The notes beneath the pieces are model-generated. The model had not been told where the DNA came from, did not search any database, and saw nothing but the letters and a program-made list of their open reading frames with translations. The position numbers and the translations under genes were made by a program. This document shows, piece by piece, positions 25,549-37,200 of a DNA stretch of 64,000 nucleotides. Position 1 is the stretch's first letter; every line of letters starts with the position of its first letter. This DNA is from Bilabrum cf. latius. Taxonomy: Eukaryota. The DNA lies in contig OZ237736.1 of the NCBI GenBank assembly GCA_965178125.1, forward strand, positions 1,178,001 through 1,242,000, given 5' to 3'.

Positions 25549-25802
25549 GCAAGTGCTTCCCACAGCAATGGTTGGGTGGCAAGTGCTTGGCACTACTTTA
25601 CGATGCCTAGGTGAACTGAAATAGACACCCGCTGTGTAGTCATTAAGAGCGTTGGCACTCGTGTGTCCGACTCATTTAATAGTTAAGCGAACTAATGCCA
25701 CCGCAAATGCCCCATGCCTCTAGGGGGGACGGCCTCAGGCTGCTGAGACTAATCATAACTGCGGGTAGCTCTTTCAGCTCATCATGCATAACTTTTGCAG
25801 CC

Positions 25803-27953
25803 TTAGTCTGGCGACGTTAAATCAACAACAATACCTGGCGTTGAATCGGCCAGCCCAGCCAACGGGCCAGGTGCGGAAGCGCCACCGCCTCTTGAGCTCT
25901 CGCCAGCCATTCGCCTGCTTCTCTTCTTTACAGGAGGAGATGGGGTGCACAAATCTATCGCAGCTAGCTGACTACCTTGCGCACGGGCCCCTGTTGAGCC
26001 AAGCCCATGCCCCGCAGCCCCACCCAATCCTTCCTCTTGGTTGCTGCCTAGCTCTTTGACTCCAGCGCGATATTCGATCGCTTTCGGATGCGATGCATCA
26101 TGTGGCCCACGAAGTCGTTTGCGCTTCTGGCTTCGTCGAGCAGCCTGTCTGTCTGCACCGCTACCCCTTGGCTAAATTGGATACAAAAGGGAAGGTCCAA
26201 CATCACCCTGGCTGCTATCACTGTTGCTGTCGCTGCCGCTGTCAGTCACAGATTTGCTACCGCTACTGCTGCAGCTGCTGCTGCTGCTGCTGCTTGATAT
26301 GTCGAGCGAGCGGCCTTGGTGTGCTTCTCTTCGCGGTGACCTGGGGGGTCCACTGCTGCGGAGACCTGAGCCGGGTCGTGGACGCCCGTGGCTTTGCTCT
26401 GCCGAGCACAATGGTCGCAAACTTTGCGTGGATGGCTCCTTCATCGAAGCGGCGGCCTTGTGTTCAAGCTGCCTGCTGGGTCTTGCCTTGCCATCGCGCG
26501 TTGCATCCTCGTCGTTGCTGCCGCTGCCACTGTCGCTGTCAGTATCACAAACAATCATACCGCCACTGCAGCTGTGACTGTCGCTGCCACTGCCGCTGTG
26601 ACTGTCGCTACCATTGCCGCTGTCGGTACTACTGACGCTGTGACTGTCGCTGCCACTGCCGCTGTGACTGTCGCTGCCATTGCCGCTGTCGGTACTACTG
26701 ACGCTGTGACTTCTACGGTCCACCTAACCACTACCACCGTCTATGCTCCCATCACTGCCTGGTTCCACGGACGAGGATCTTCGACGATGGGACTCTACTG
26801 AGGACCTGGCAGCCGGCTGTTGCGTCGTGGCCGGCAATTCGGTGCTCTCCCCGCTTGCTCCGACCATGTCATTCTGACACAGCGCATGCTGTACTCCGCG
26901 GCGAAGGCTCAGGCAGTCCTTCCACTGAACCACCTTTCCACATGCCGGACACGTCACCCTCTGCGGGAGAAGTCTCTGCTCCCATGCGCTAGTGGTCGAA
27001 TCAGATGCGGTCCTGGATGTACCCGACAATTCTGCATCCTTGCATCCAGCCGCACTGCCGGCCGCTGCAGATGATGATGCAGCCGAGGAAGATGACGAGG
27101 ATGCGAGCAGGACTGGCCTCACAACGCCTTCCTCAGCTTCTTCGCTCTTTGTTTTCTAGGCAGATGCGCCCTTGCAGGCAGGGTGCAGTAGGCAGGCGGC
27201 GTGCATGGGCCGCAAGCATGCAGGGCACTGCACCACCCTTGCCAACGGCACATCCTCGTGACACTCGTAGCAGCGAACGCAATGGCTGGCCGGATGACGG
27301 ACGCCGCTTTGTAGTCTTATTGGTGAGGCTAGAGAGGGGCTGGAGGCTCGACCGTGCAGTGATCCAGCGGCAGCCCCTCCGCCCGTTGCAAGCGAGCGCA
27401 CGAAGTGCACGGCAGCCCGAACGTCTGCGCGATCGAATCGATTCTGCACGGCCGATTGAATAAACTCGTCAACGGATTCGAGGCCTGCGGGGGCCCGGAC
27501 CACCGAGTCATCCCGCTCAGCGCTCTGAAACCATGCCTACGAAGCCGACAACCCGACCACTTCAGGGAAGGCAAGCGCTTGCAGACCCATGGCTCCAAAG
27601 GGCATCTGCCCTGCAAGCTGGAGCGCGGTATAGAATCTTGATTGGATTCTTTTGGTCCGCTAGCCAAGAGAATTAGCTTGTCGGCCTATGAGCGATCTAT
27701 TTGGATGCTGCAGAGCCCACTCGAATTGCAACGCTTGCACCTCGTCGCTGAATCCAAACACTATCATGACAAAGCGCCAGGGCCTTCCATGTCTAGTTGA
27801 CTTGGCCCCTCCCATGATGTCGCCATTGTGCTGTCGAATGCGTCTGTCTGGGCTATTCGTTTTCCCAACGTACGTCCTTCGACCCGTTGCAGCAACGACA
27901 AGATACACGCACCAGCACCCAGCTGACCTGCTTCGCGAACGACCTTTGGGCAT
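25803..27953 (-). CDS. SLX1: Structure-specific GIY-YIG endonuclease SLX1-like, with a RING-like zinc domain and a long low-complexity tail (716 aa)
   Basis: CVYL...RTYVGKTNSPDRRIRQHNG...GGAKST...RPW...VFGF....ALQFEWALQHP, then C-x2-C...CPAC...H..CL. Later TCPAC. ORFs 27660, 27156, 26724, 26172 and 25803 are one frame joined by TAG; TAA stop. Confidence 0.88.
26570..26712 (-). repeat. 60-bp coding tandem repeat (~2.4 copies; Ser/Asp/Gly-rich) inside SLX1
   Basis: gctgtgactgtcgctgccactgccgctgtgactgtcgct.ccattgccgctgtcggtactactgac is repeated and encodes SHSVSSTDSGNGSDSHSGSGSD. Confidence 0.85.
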
Positions 27954-28266
27954 CAAGACTAACGTTTCAAAAACTTACAGCATGCAAACGCCCAAAGCGC
28001 TCAGGTGCTCATATAGCAATCAAGTTGATACGATAGTCGGCGCACATTTGCCCACATGAGGGCAAGCTCATCAGGTGCCACCAGTGGCCTCTATTGCTTG
28101 AGATAGTAGCAGAAGATATCGTGGAGATTTTTTTTGATCTTTTGCGTATCAGTGTCTGCTGAAATGGCGGTTCAACAAAGTTCGTAGATCTATACTGCGT
28201 ATTTGTTCTCATCCTCATTCCTCAGCCACTAGAGCGAGCATTTCCCGGGCTGCTCAGCTTGCTACA

Positions 28267-29791
28267 ATGTCCGAGAAAAGTGCAGCAGCCGTATCGATCT
28301 CAGCCTAGGAAGCCGAAGTGTATGACCGTTAGATTAGGCTATGGGGTGTCGAAGCGCAGCAGCGCATGAAGGGGTCGAAGCTGCTGTTCATCGGAATCAC
28401 GGGAGCATCTGCTGAGGCAATCAAGAATGTTGTCCTGTCTGGAATGAATGTCATTGTTTTGGACAAAACTATTGTGTAGACGCAGCACATTGGCGCAAAC
28501 GTACTGCTGGGCCCAGAAGCAGTTGGCAAGCAGGTGAGATTTTGAGTTGCCATTTGAGCGGAGTGCACAACACGCTTCCGATACCCCCTAGAGGACATGA
28601 GCTCTCCCCATCGTACCACAGAAAGATGAAGCAGCGCTAGAGTAGATGAAGAAGCTGAATCCGTACGCTCGCTTGTCCGTATCGAAGGCTTCGACAGCGT
28701 TGCCTGCCACTGAGGCTGATTTGGAGGAGGCTCAAATTGTTGTGCTAGGCAACGGCAGCGTACGTGACAAGCTAGAGATTGGAAATTTATGCCGCAGCTC
28801 GAACGCAAAACTGATGTGCGTCGACTCTCACGGCATGGTCCACAGCGTCCTCGTCGATGTAGGGGATCACACGTACAAGCACACGGTCACCATTGGAAGA
28901 AAAGATCAAGAGCCAAAGAAAATAGAATCGATAGAGACTTGTTCGACGCCCAAGATTGAAGAAATTTTCACTGGAGGTTGGGAGGGTGCTGCGCTGAAGG
29001 AGGGTAGGAAGCAGTCCAGCATGTCTGCCCTTGCAAACCTGAGCATCGATGCTGCAATTCTCGACGGAAACCTGAAGCCTTGCCCAGAGATTGCAGTGGC
29101 AGGCAGCAGTTCATCATCTTCGTCGTCTTCTGCCGCGTCATCATCCGAACGAGGCGATGGGGCAGTTCGGACGCTGTCGCAAGACTCGATAGCAGCCATC
29201 GAAGCGGAGCGAGCAGCATGGGGCAAGGTCGCAACAGCTGCTGCCGTGGCTGCTGCAGAGAAGAGAGGCCTTGCTGGGGCAGGATCGATGCTGTCGCCGT
29301 TTCTTGAGGCCGCTTGCCGGGGGTACCGCCTTGACTACGCGCCGGTGGGCAGCATCTCTGGAGGTGTGCTGGCAAGGGAGATCAGCAAGATCGTCACCCA
29401 GACGGATGCACCTTTCGCCAACGTGATCGGCATCGATGGCCTGCGGATGGAAGCTAAGGTGGGCAAGCTGCCACTGTCCGCGAAGTCCATTGAGGCTGCG
29501 GCTGCGAAGGCGAGGGAGCAGCTTCTGGCCAATGCTGGCGACGCAATGTCCTTGGATGACTCGAGTGATGACGATGAGGACGATGCCGTGGAGACGGTCG
29601 GCACCGGCAACGCTGGATCCGCAGGCGAGGCAGCGGGCACGGCAGCTGCCAGCGGGGCGGGTTCGAACGGGACGTCGGCCAAGGCGGCCGAAGATAATGA
29701 TTTGGATGATGACAGCGATGACGACGTCGAGATCGTCAGCGGGCCTGGTTCGAGCTCGAGCGGGAGCGGCCAGGCAGAGATGGAGAGCTGA
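28267..29791 (+). CDS. SAE1: SUMO-activating enzyme E1 subunit 1 (SAE1/AOS1, ThiF family)
   Basis: MSEK...EAEVYDR*IRLWGVEAQQRMKGSKLLFIGITGASAEAIKNVVLSG. Intron 28534-28621. Also KLNPYARL and APVGSISGGVLAREISK; TGA stop. Confidence 0.9.
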
Positions 29792-30029
29792 CAATCGTAT
29801 GAGGCAGTCACTGCGGCAAGTCAGCGTTAAGTATGCAAACTATAAAAGCACGTAAATTACATGGGTGTGCATTCCGCTAGGCCAATCAGGTAATCACTCT
29901 GCTACTGTGTCTAGTGTCAGCACACCAAGACACCGCACGCGGCCTAGTCTTCCCTACGCCGATGCTATACGATGTCCCAAGTCCCACCGTCTGATGAGCA
30001 CCGAACGGCGATGTGAATGCGAAAACAAG

Positions 30030-31230
30030 TCACGGTGGGCCCTCGTCCGTGTGGTAGCCCACGAAGAGCGTTGCCCCGCTGGTGTACTTCGTGGGGCAGG
30101 ACTTGTCAGTGTACCCAGGTACAAGGCCAGGCCACGTCGTGAAATTCCGTTTGATCGGCACATCAACAACAGAGCCATTCTTGAACGCTCTAGACTCGTA
30201 AAACGGCATCTCGGCTGGATTCTGCGGAGAGTTGAACATAGCGTGGAGGGGAGAATAAGGGCAGGTCGTGGGCACCATGTCAAAGTAAGCGATCAAACGC
30301 AGCCGTTCTGGCAAGGCCTGTAAGAATGTACGAATGGGACCTCACGCAGTCGAAGGCGTATTCTCGGAGAGACGCGCTCATGCGGCCGCCAGAGGTCACA
30401 GCAAGCAGCGGGAACACCAGTGGTGGGGGGCGGTACGTTGAGTATGCGAACAGTCCGAGGACTTCGACAGCCGCCTAGTCCGTTGCGTTGAGGAGCCCGT
30501 GGTGCCCATTTTCCGTCTTGTACCCGAGGATCCACACGTCAGTGCCCTTGTCTTTTGCCACGACATCAGTTTCGGAGTTCTCGAGATCGAGCTGGCGAGC
30601 CCACACTTTCTGGCCGCGACAGAACGTCATGTTCGGCCCAACGTAATCACTGATGTAGACATCGCCAGGAGTGCCATGGTCGCAGTCAGCTCGATATGCC
30701 ACCCCTTGAACATCTTTAAGCACGATGGGCCGCCGGCTCTTGTGACGAATCGCCACATGCCCGTTGTAACCAGTGTACCAGCTCTCTAGCACCAGGGGTG
30801 GGTCGTTCTCGTCCCCGTCCTCCACAGTGAAATTAGCTCCGCCAGCCACCTGCGAACCAGCCACAGTGATCCGCTCGATGTTCTTGGGGATGCTTACATC
30901 TTCGTAAAACTGCCAGCTGTCCGGGTACTTGCGCTTGGGCGGGAAGTTGATCGTGGTAAGAGTATTGTCAGACTCCAGTAGTCTACGCTTTTCAGTGTGC
31001 CAGAGCAGTCGGGGACCCACCACTTTGAGCTGGAGTTTGGCCGATGCACTTCGTCAATGGAGCAATTGTACGTCGTATATTTCTCGTGTCCTGAGCCGCC
31101 CGAGATAATTGTGGGCTTGCTTGCAATGCTTGCTACACAAGGTGATTGATTGAGAACAAGGTGGCCATTGGGGCTCCACACTAGGATCGTGCTGTAGATC
31201 AAGCGGCGAATTGGTCTAACCTGGCACACT
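30030..31230 (-). pseudogene. Bacterial-type pectate-lyase-3/GH55-like beta-helix protein, C-terminal half; N-terminally truncated and frameshifted
   Basis: TTINFP...IPKNIERI, DVYISDYVG, GQKVWARQLDLE, DVWILGYKTE, *AAVEVLGLFAY and terminal LFVGY. Intron at about 30345-30222. The upstream part (SSSKWWVPDCSGTLKS) lies in another frame, with no ATG before the COQ3 stop. Confidence 0.5.
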
Positions 31231-31290
31231 GGCGCAGCTTTCCAAACGGTGCCTCCCCGAGTTGATACAGCCTGCCAATAGATACAGTAT

Positions 31291-32228
31291 TCATGGGTCC
31301 TGCTTCAATGGTTGCTTCCAAGCTGCAATGCCGTAGTTGACATCAGTGGACCTGGTCTGCCTCCACGCATTCAAAGCCGGAAGGTACTGAAATCCCCGCA
31401 CAGCAGTCACTTCCATGCCAGCTTTCTCAAACGCTGCCTCTAATTCCGAAGGGGTGACGAACTTCTCCCACTGGTGGGTACCCTTGGGCACGAGCCCAAC
31501 TAGTCTCTCCGCACCCACAATCGCTTCTGCATAGCTCCTGCTGGTCTTGTTGATGGTAGTAATCACGGATGACCCACCTGGCTTGACCATCCCTAATATG
31601 GCCCCCAAAAAAATGTCTAGATCCTTGACGTGCTCGACGACCTCGCTGGACACCACGCAGTCGAACGTCTCGCCGGACTCTGCCAGGTCCTCCACAGTCG
31701 TGCAGCGATACTCGAGCCTATTTCTATGAGATGGATCAGGAAGACTACGTCTTCGCTGCTCCGCTGCGCCTATGTTAGCCTCACCGGCGTCAATTCCAAC
31801 GACATCCGCACCAAGTCGTGCTAGGGGCTGCGATGAGCCTGATACAGTCAAAATGGCAGTATTGCACATCATCAGCGAAATGAAGACCACTGCAGCAAAC
31901 CTTATCTTACCTCAGAGAGGATTCCACCGCCACAACCAGCGTCCAATATACGAATGCCGCGAAGGCCCAAAGCTGGGGTTCCTCGCTGGAGAGACTGTGC
32001 CCGATTGATGGTATCGACGACAAGCGGCACTCGGACCGCGTTCATTTTATGCAAAGCACCGAATTCGGCGCTGTTGGAATCCCACCACTTCTATGCCATG
32101 GAGTTGAACATGTCGATTTCGGCAACGTCAACTGTGCTAAATTGCCTACATTGCCGCGCCTGATGGGTGTATGCACCCGATGAAACGCGCAAGAGCTTAT
32201 CAACGGCCCTGCTGCATCGTGATAGCAT
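31291..32228 (-). CDS. COQ3: Ubiquinone biosynthesis O-methyltransferase COQ3/UbiG
   Basis: Transit-like MLSRCSR..., STVDVAEIDMFNSMA*KWWD...LHKMNAVRVP and ILDAGCGGGILSE. After an intron, PLARLGADVVGID, FDCVVSSEVVEHV, PKGTHQWEKFVTP and DVNY. Confidence 0.94.
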
Positions 32229-32492
32229 GGACTAGGCGGTACGGAGGGCAGAATGCCTGCGCTGGGCTGCGAACTGCGAGCGATTTTGCATTTTGATTCT
32301 TGAAGCAGTGCTCTCGTCATCCGGCGCTAGCGAGACCATCGCTGTCTCTCACGCCTATACATGGCATGACTTTCAGCAGTGAATATGTTGCAGCTGCGAC
32401 AAAACACAGCCACGGCTTATTAACCAAGGGCGAGGCTCTGTGTAAGGCGCTCACTCCGCCCCGCGCGGCAAATCCGGCCAGGTGCGTGGTGG

Positions 32493-34116
32493 TCACGTGC
32501 TCTTCCTGCTGCCTCTCCTTCGCCTGACTTTCGCATCGCCGTCATCTTCCTCTTCAGATGAGTCGTTCCGGCCAGCCTCATCGCCACCCTCTTCGTGCTC
32601 CTCCTTCTCGTCCTCCTCTTCCTTGCCGCCCTCATGAAGTCCGCCCTTGGCCCTCTCGGCAGCCTCCGCCGCCTCCTCGTCCACCTCCTCTGTGTACTGC
32701 ATCAGCGCCTCGATGTCTCCCATCACGATTGCACTAGTCACGAGGGCAAGCAGAAGAGCCGGGACCAGGTACAGCAGCGCGGGCTGCGCGTGCTGGAACA
32801 GCTGCATCACCACCAGCGTGACGGACATGCCGCCCACGTAGTACGACAAGCCCAGCCCGAAGTGGGGCTTGAAGAAGGACAGCTGGCGTGCGCTGCCGCC
32901 CGGCGTGCCCGGCTTCAGCAGAAGAGCCTGGCCCTCGCTGCTTGCTCTGGATCTCGACACGTGCCCGCCTGAATTCGAATCCGCATCCGCATCCGCATCC
33001 GCATCTGCATCAGAATTGGACTTTGAGAGATCCCCGGATGGGGATGGCGTGGTCGGGTCCTCGTTGTCCTAGAAGGCAGGCAGCGCGGCGGATCGGGGCA
33101 GCCAGTGGCCTGCCCTGAGAGCGTCGAAGCGCAGTAGGAGCGCCAGGAACGCGCCCGGCAGCACGATGTCTCCCAGCCCGAGCATGTTCTTCGGACCCCC
33201 CGCACCCGGTATGGGGTACAGCAGCTTGATAGGGACATCCAGGTTGGTCGCTACCTCTTGCATCATCTTGGTGCCGAACACCATGACCACGTCGTACACG
33301 AAGAGGCCGGCCAGGAGCATGGCCCCCGTGGAGGGAGAGCCCAAGTTGAGGAGGCCGATGGACGAGAGGCAGACCAGCACTGCCACCGCGTTGTTGAGCA
33401 GCCAACCCAGCTCGTCAGATTCGACGAATCGCTCGGCTGATACTAGGGCAATCCCCAGGATGCCACCGATGATCCCAGTGAGGGTGACCGGAACGTTTAG
33501 CCACGGGACCGTGAACAACACCCGGTCCGGCCGTTGCTGCACAGGATGGGGGCACAGGGAGTGCTAGAGGGCGGGGCTTCATGGGAAACGTATCCAAGAG
33601 ATGCATGATATGCACCGAAAAGGTACACTGGACTACTCACTCCGTACAGTGCTTGCTGCATAAATCCCCCGATCAACCCGCCTATCGATAGGGAGGCGAT
33701 CAAGCTGAAGTACACGGAGACCAGGAATCCGGTCCAGCTGGGATCCACGTACCGTACTCCAATATAAAGGGCCACAAGAACTCCCCCCAATTGGATGGGC
33801 ATCATCATCGCATCTTTTGCGGACATTGCAACAGCTTCTTGCTGATCCTGCGCAGCAGCATCAAGCAGAGATCTTTCAAGCATCTAAACGCAAAAAAGAC
33901 AGGTATTAAGTACTATTGGATAGTCGATCTAACCTCTTCTTCGTCCAGTACGGCAGACTGAGCCAATGGAATGTGGGCACCGGCGTAGATGATCATGGAC
34001 GACGAAGCGATCACGTTAAACTCTATCGGGAGAATTTCCAAGACCATGCCGACATGGAGCAGGAGAAGACCGACTACAGGAATCAATATGTGCAGACTGA
34101 AGAGATTTGCTGCCAT
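32493..34116 (-). CDS. HM13: Signal peptide peptidase (HM13/SPP, GxGD aspartyl protease A22B)
   Basis: LAGLFVYDVVMVFGT, PIKLLYP, MLGLGDIVLPG and QPALLYLVP, with several TM segments. Two probable introns, one TAG at 33069-33071, and a TGA stop. Confidence 0.92.
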
Positions 34117-34222
34117 CTTGGGCGGTTCTCAATGAAATCCTGCGACCGGCTGGTTGGCAAGGTGGTTGCGACCGCTCTCCGGTTGCCGTTGCGAGCTTAC
34201 TTCAATCGCATATTTTGCAACA

Positions 34223-37200
34223 ATGAGCTCTTCTCCCAGGCCACCAAGCGACTAGAAGCAAAATTTACATACTTTGCTAGATACTGTGGAGAACGTGTAC
34301 CAGGTTCTCACAGGAAATGAGGCTAGCCAGCACAGGCTGTCAAGTGCAGCCCAGACGACACCTGCCCCTGCCACAGTCACAGCAAGAGCGCGTGCAGATG
34401 TCACAGTATCTCTTCTAGAAGAGATATTTCATCGCAGGCAAGGAAGAGTACGACCCTTGCTGCGATTGATCTTGAGCCACCTGAGAGCCGCAGTCTACAG
34501 ACATGCTGGGAAGAATATGATGGAACCACAGATGCTCTCAACCGAAGATTTGATAGGCGCCGACGGGGCTGCCACTGGCGATTTACATGACTCTGGGACG
34601 GACGGCACGTCGTTGAACGGAGAGGCGATAGCCATGTGCTTGGCACGTGAAATCCTTGGTATAGAGCCCGAGGCATCAGCTCGCCCAGGGGAGCATGGTG
34701 GAGCCGTATTAGAGCATTCGGAAGGAAAGCGCACCGAAGTTGATCCCGAAGGCTAGCTTACCCCGGGGATTGCGGCGGCAGGCCTCAAGGGGGCAACGAG
34801 AGCCGAGCGACTGCAGGTGAAGAAGCAGGTCATTCTGGCACTTACCCGAAGGCTGGTGCAGCGTAGACTGAACGACGAGGAAGAAGGGCGAACGGATGGA
34901 AGCTACATCTCCGAGGTAGCTCGGCTCGAGAAAGAGAAAGTCGATTCAAGGCGCAGGGTGCGAGAGCTGGAGGAGGGCAACTCAGCGCTGGCCAGGGTAA
35001 TGGGGCGCACAAGGAAACTCGTTGATGCGACTGCTGTGAGGTGGCAAAAAACGATCAGGCAGCACTACTTTAGGTACTGGAAGGCATTCACTGCTCGGCG
35101 ACGAGATCAGATGCGGCGAATCGACGCGATGGTAATGAGGCACGGCAGGGCAGGTCGGCTGAGGCTCGCGTTCGACGGGCTTCGAATCGGCACACGGTAG
35201 CTACGGGCGGAGCGAGCAGAGCGCGACTAGAAGGAAAGAGAGGAAGAAGCGGCACGCATGGAGTCCAAGCGGTCTGGTATCGCAGCGAGCACGGAAAAAG
35301 CACAGGCTGTTTCGGCTAGCTTGAGCGACAGGATTCGGGGCCAGCAGGCTCTGTCGCAGCAGCTGAGAATGCAGCTGGACACGCTGAAAGCCCAAGTATA
35401 GCGACAGCCTGCCAACCAATTACGAGCTGTAGCAAGGGCGTGGGCAGATGCAAGCATACGAGGGATCGGTAGAAAACTTGACAGGATCTGTTCGTGGCTA
35501 TTTGGAGATCTCTCTGGGCTTCGCGGTGCTGGCAAGCTTGACTTTCATCTGCCCCAGTAGTGGTCTCAACCGGTCGGATCAGGCCTTCGGCGAGGGCAGC
35601 AAAGTGGCCAAGGCATTGGCAGGCCAGACAGTAGGGCTGCCCCCAGTGACACGACCGGGAGGCATGTACCGGGCCAGTGGCCTCAGTACGGGAAGGGCAT
35701 CCCAGGAGAGTGCGATGCGTTCCGACCACCAGAGGATTAGCCTCTGTGGCCAGGCATGGATCTTGGCATGGATGTCGTGGTCAATCCAATGCTCTTACTT
35801 ACGCCAGCCGAGCTTAGCAAGTGCCATAAGGCTGCCTCAGAGCAGCTGACGCAGCAGCAAAGGAATCGCGAAGCTGCCAGGCAGTTCACGAGAAGCGGGG
35901 GTATCCCGGGTGTGTCGGGTCCCAGCACAGTACCATCCCCTTCGTTGCGATCAGAAGCGCAGGAGCCTCGTCTCGCCTACGATGATTCCCCCTTGCCGCC
36001 GCTGCCTGCTCTCGAGCACGCTGCGCTGCAAATCCTCGTTGAGCTGCCTCTGGACGCACTCGTACTACGATGGATGAACCACCAGCTGCTGGATGGGAAC
36101 AGGGTTAGCCACGGCCTCTTTGATCTTCGGGCGTACGCACAGCACTAGACAGTGGCGTCAGCAAACAACGCCCGGAACCAGCGGGCATCTCCAAGGCAAA
36201 AGCGTGCGTCCACCAAGGGATCGAAAGGACTGAACCCAGCGGACATCGTGAGCGCAGGTGCAGGCAGCGACTCAGATGATGATGACGAGGCAATCGACGG
36301 CGTGATTGCGTCACAGGTCTCACGATTTGACACTGGGATCGAACTGAAGCACACGCGCGACATCTCCAACGCTCTATAGTTCGCAGGGGACACGCATGAG
36401 CTCGACGAGGAGGTTGAAGGCGCTACTTCTGCAGATGGGTCTGAACACGCGTCTCCGTCGGGGTCCGAAACGCCTGCATCTCAAGCGTTGCACAGCCCTG
36501 TTACTCTAGAGCACAAGACGGCCAGTGTCACCCCTTCGATTGCAAGGCAGCGGGTCGCATCGCCTTCCCGGTGGTCAAGGGCGTCGTCTCGCAGATCAAA
36601 ACCGAGATAATCGGCTGCGTCAAGAAGACCGAAGGCCGCCAAGAGAGGGAAAAAGGCAGCAAGCGGTGCCGCAGATGGTACTACTGTGGGCTTGGGTAGT
36701 GGATTGTCGGCCATCAGCGACGAAAATCCGTTGCCGATCCTGAAAGCAGGCGCCGCCATCAGGGCAGACCAGCGGCGCGCAGTCGTCGAGAACCTGTCTA
36801 CGGATTTGGACGCACCTTCGCTAGCGCTGCTATCGCACCGGCTGTCAATATGCACAGACAGGCAAAGAGAAGACAAAATACTGAGGCTGTTGGCCCCTGC
36901 TGCTCTACACGGTGGGCAAGAGCACGGCCGCACTGCACCCGTGAACGCCAACGTAGTCAAGCAGCTTCTTGCTGGAGACACACTAGCTTGGATCCGAGCA
37001 GACCCATCTGATGCGACTGAAGAAGTCCGCCGCGCTGCGATATCTAGAATTGAGCTCGCAAAAGAAACGCTGTTTGAAGCCGCAGCTTCGGCGGCAGAAA
37101 CGCAGCAGGCTGCGTCGCACTCACGAGGTAGTCTGCTGGCGCAATCTCCAAGGTCGAGACTCAGCCCAACGCCGTCCATCCGCTCTACTCCGGGCAAGAA

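Noticed and set aside
27660-27953. GIY-YIG domain as a homing endonuclease or Penelope-like mobile element
   Set aside because: The motifs RQHNG, GGAxxT, RPW and ALQFEWA plus the downstream RING-like domain match cellular SLX1. There is no reverse transcriptase and no terminal repeats.
32980-33011. (gcatcc)n hexamer run
   Set aside because: It is a simple coding microsatellite (DADADA) in an SPP loop.
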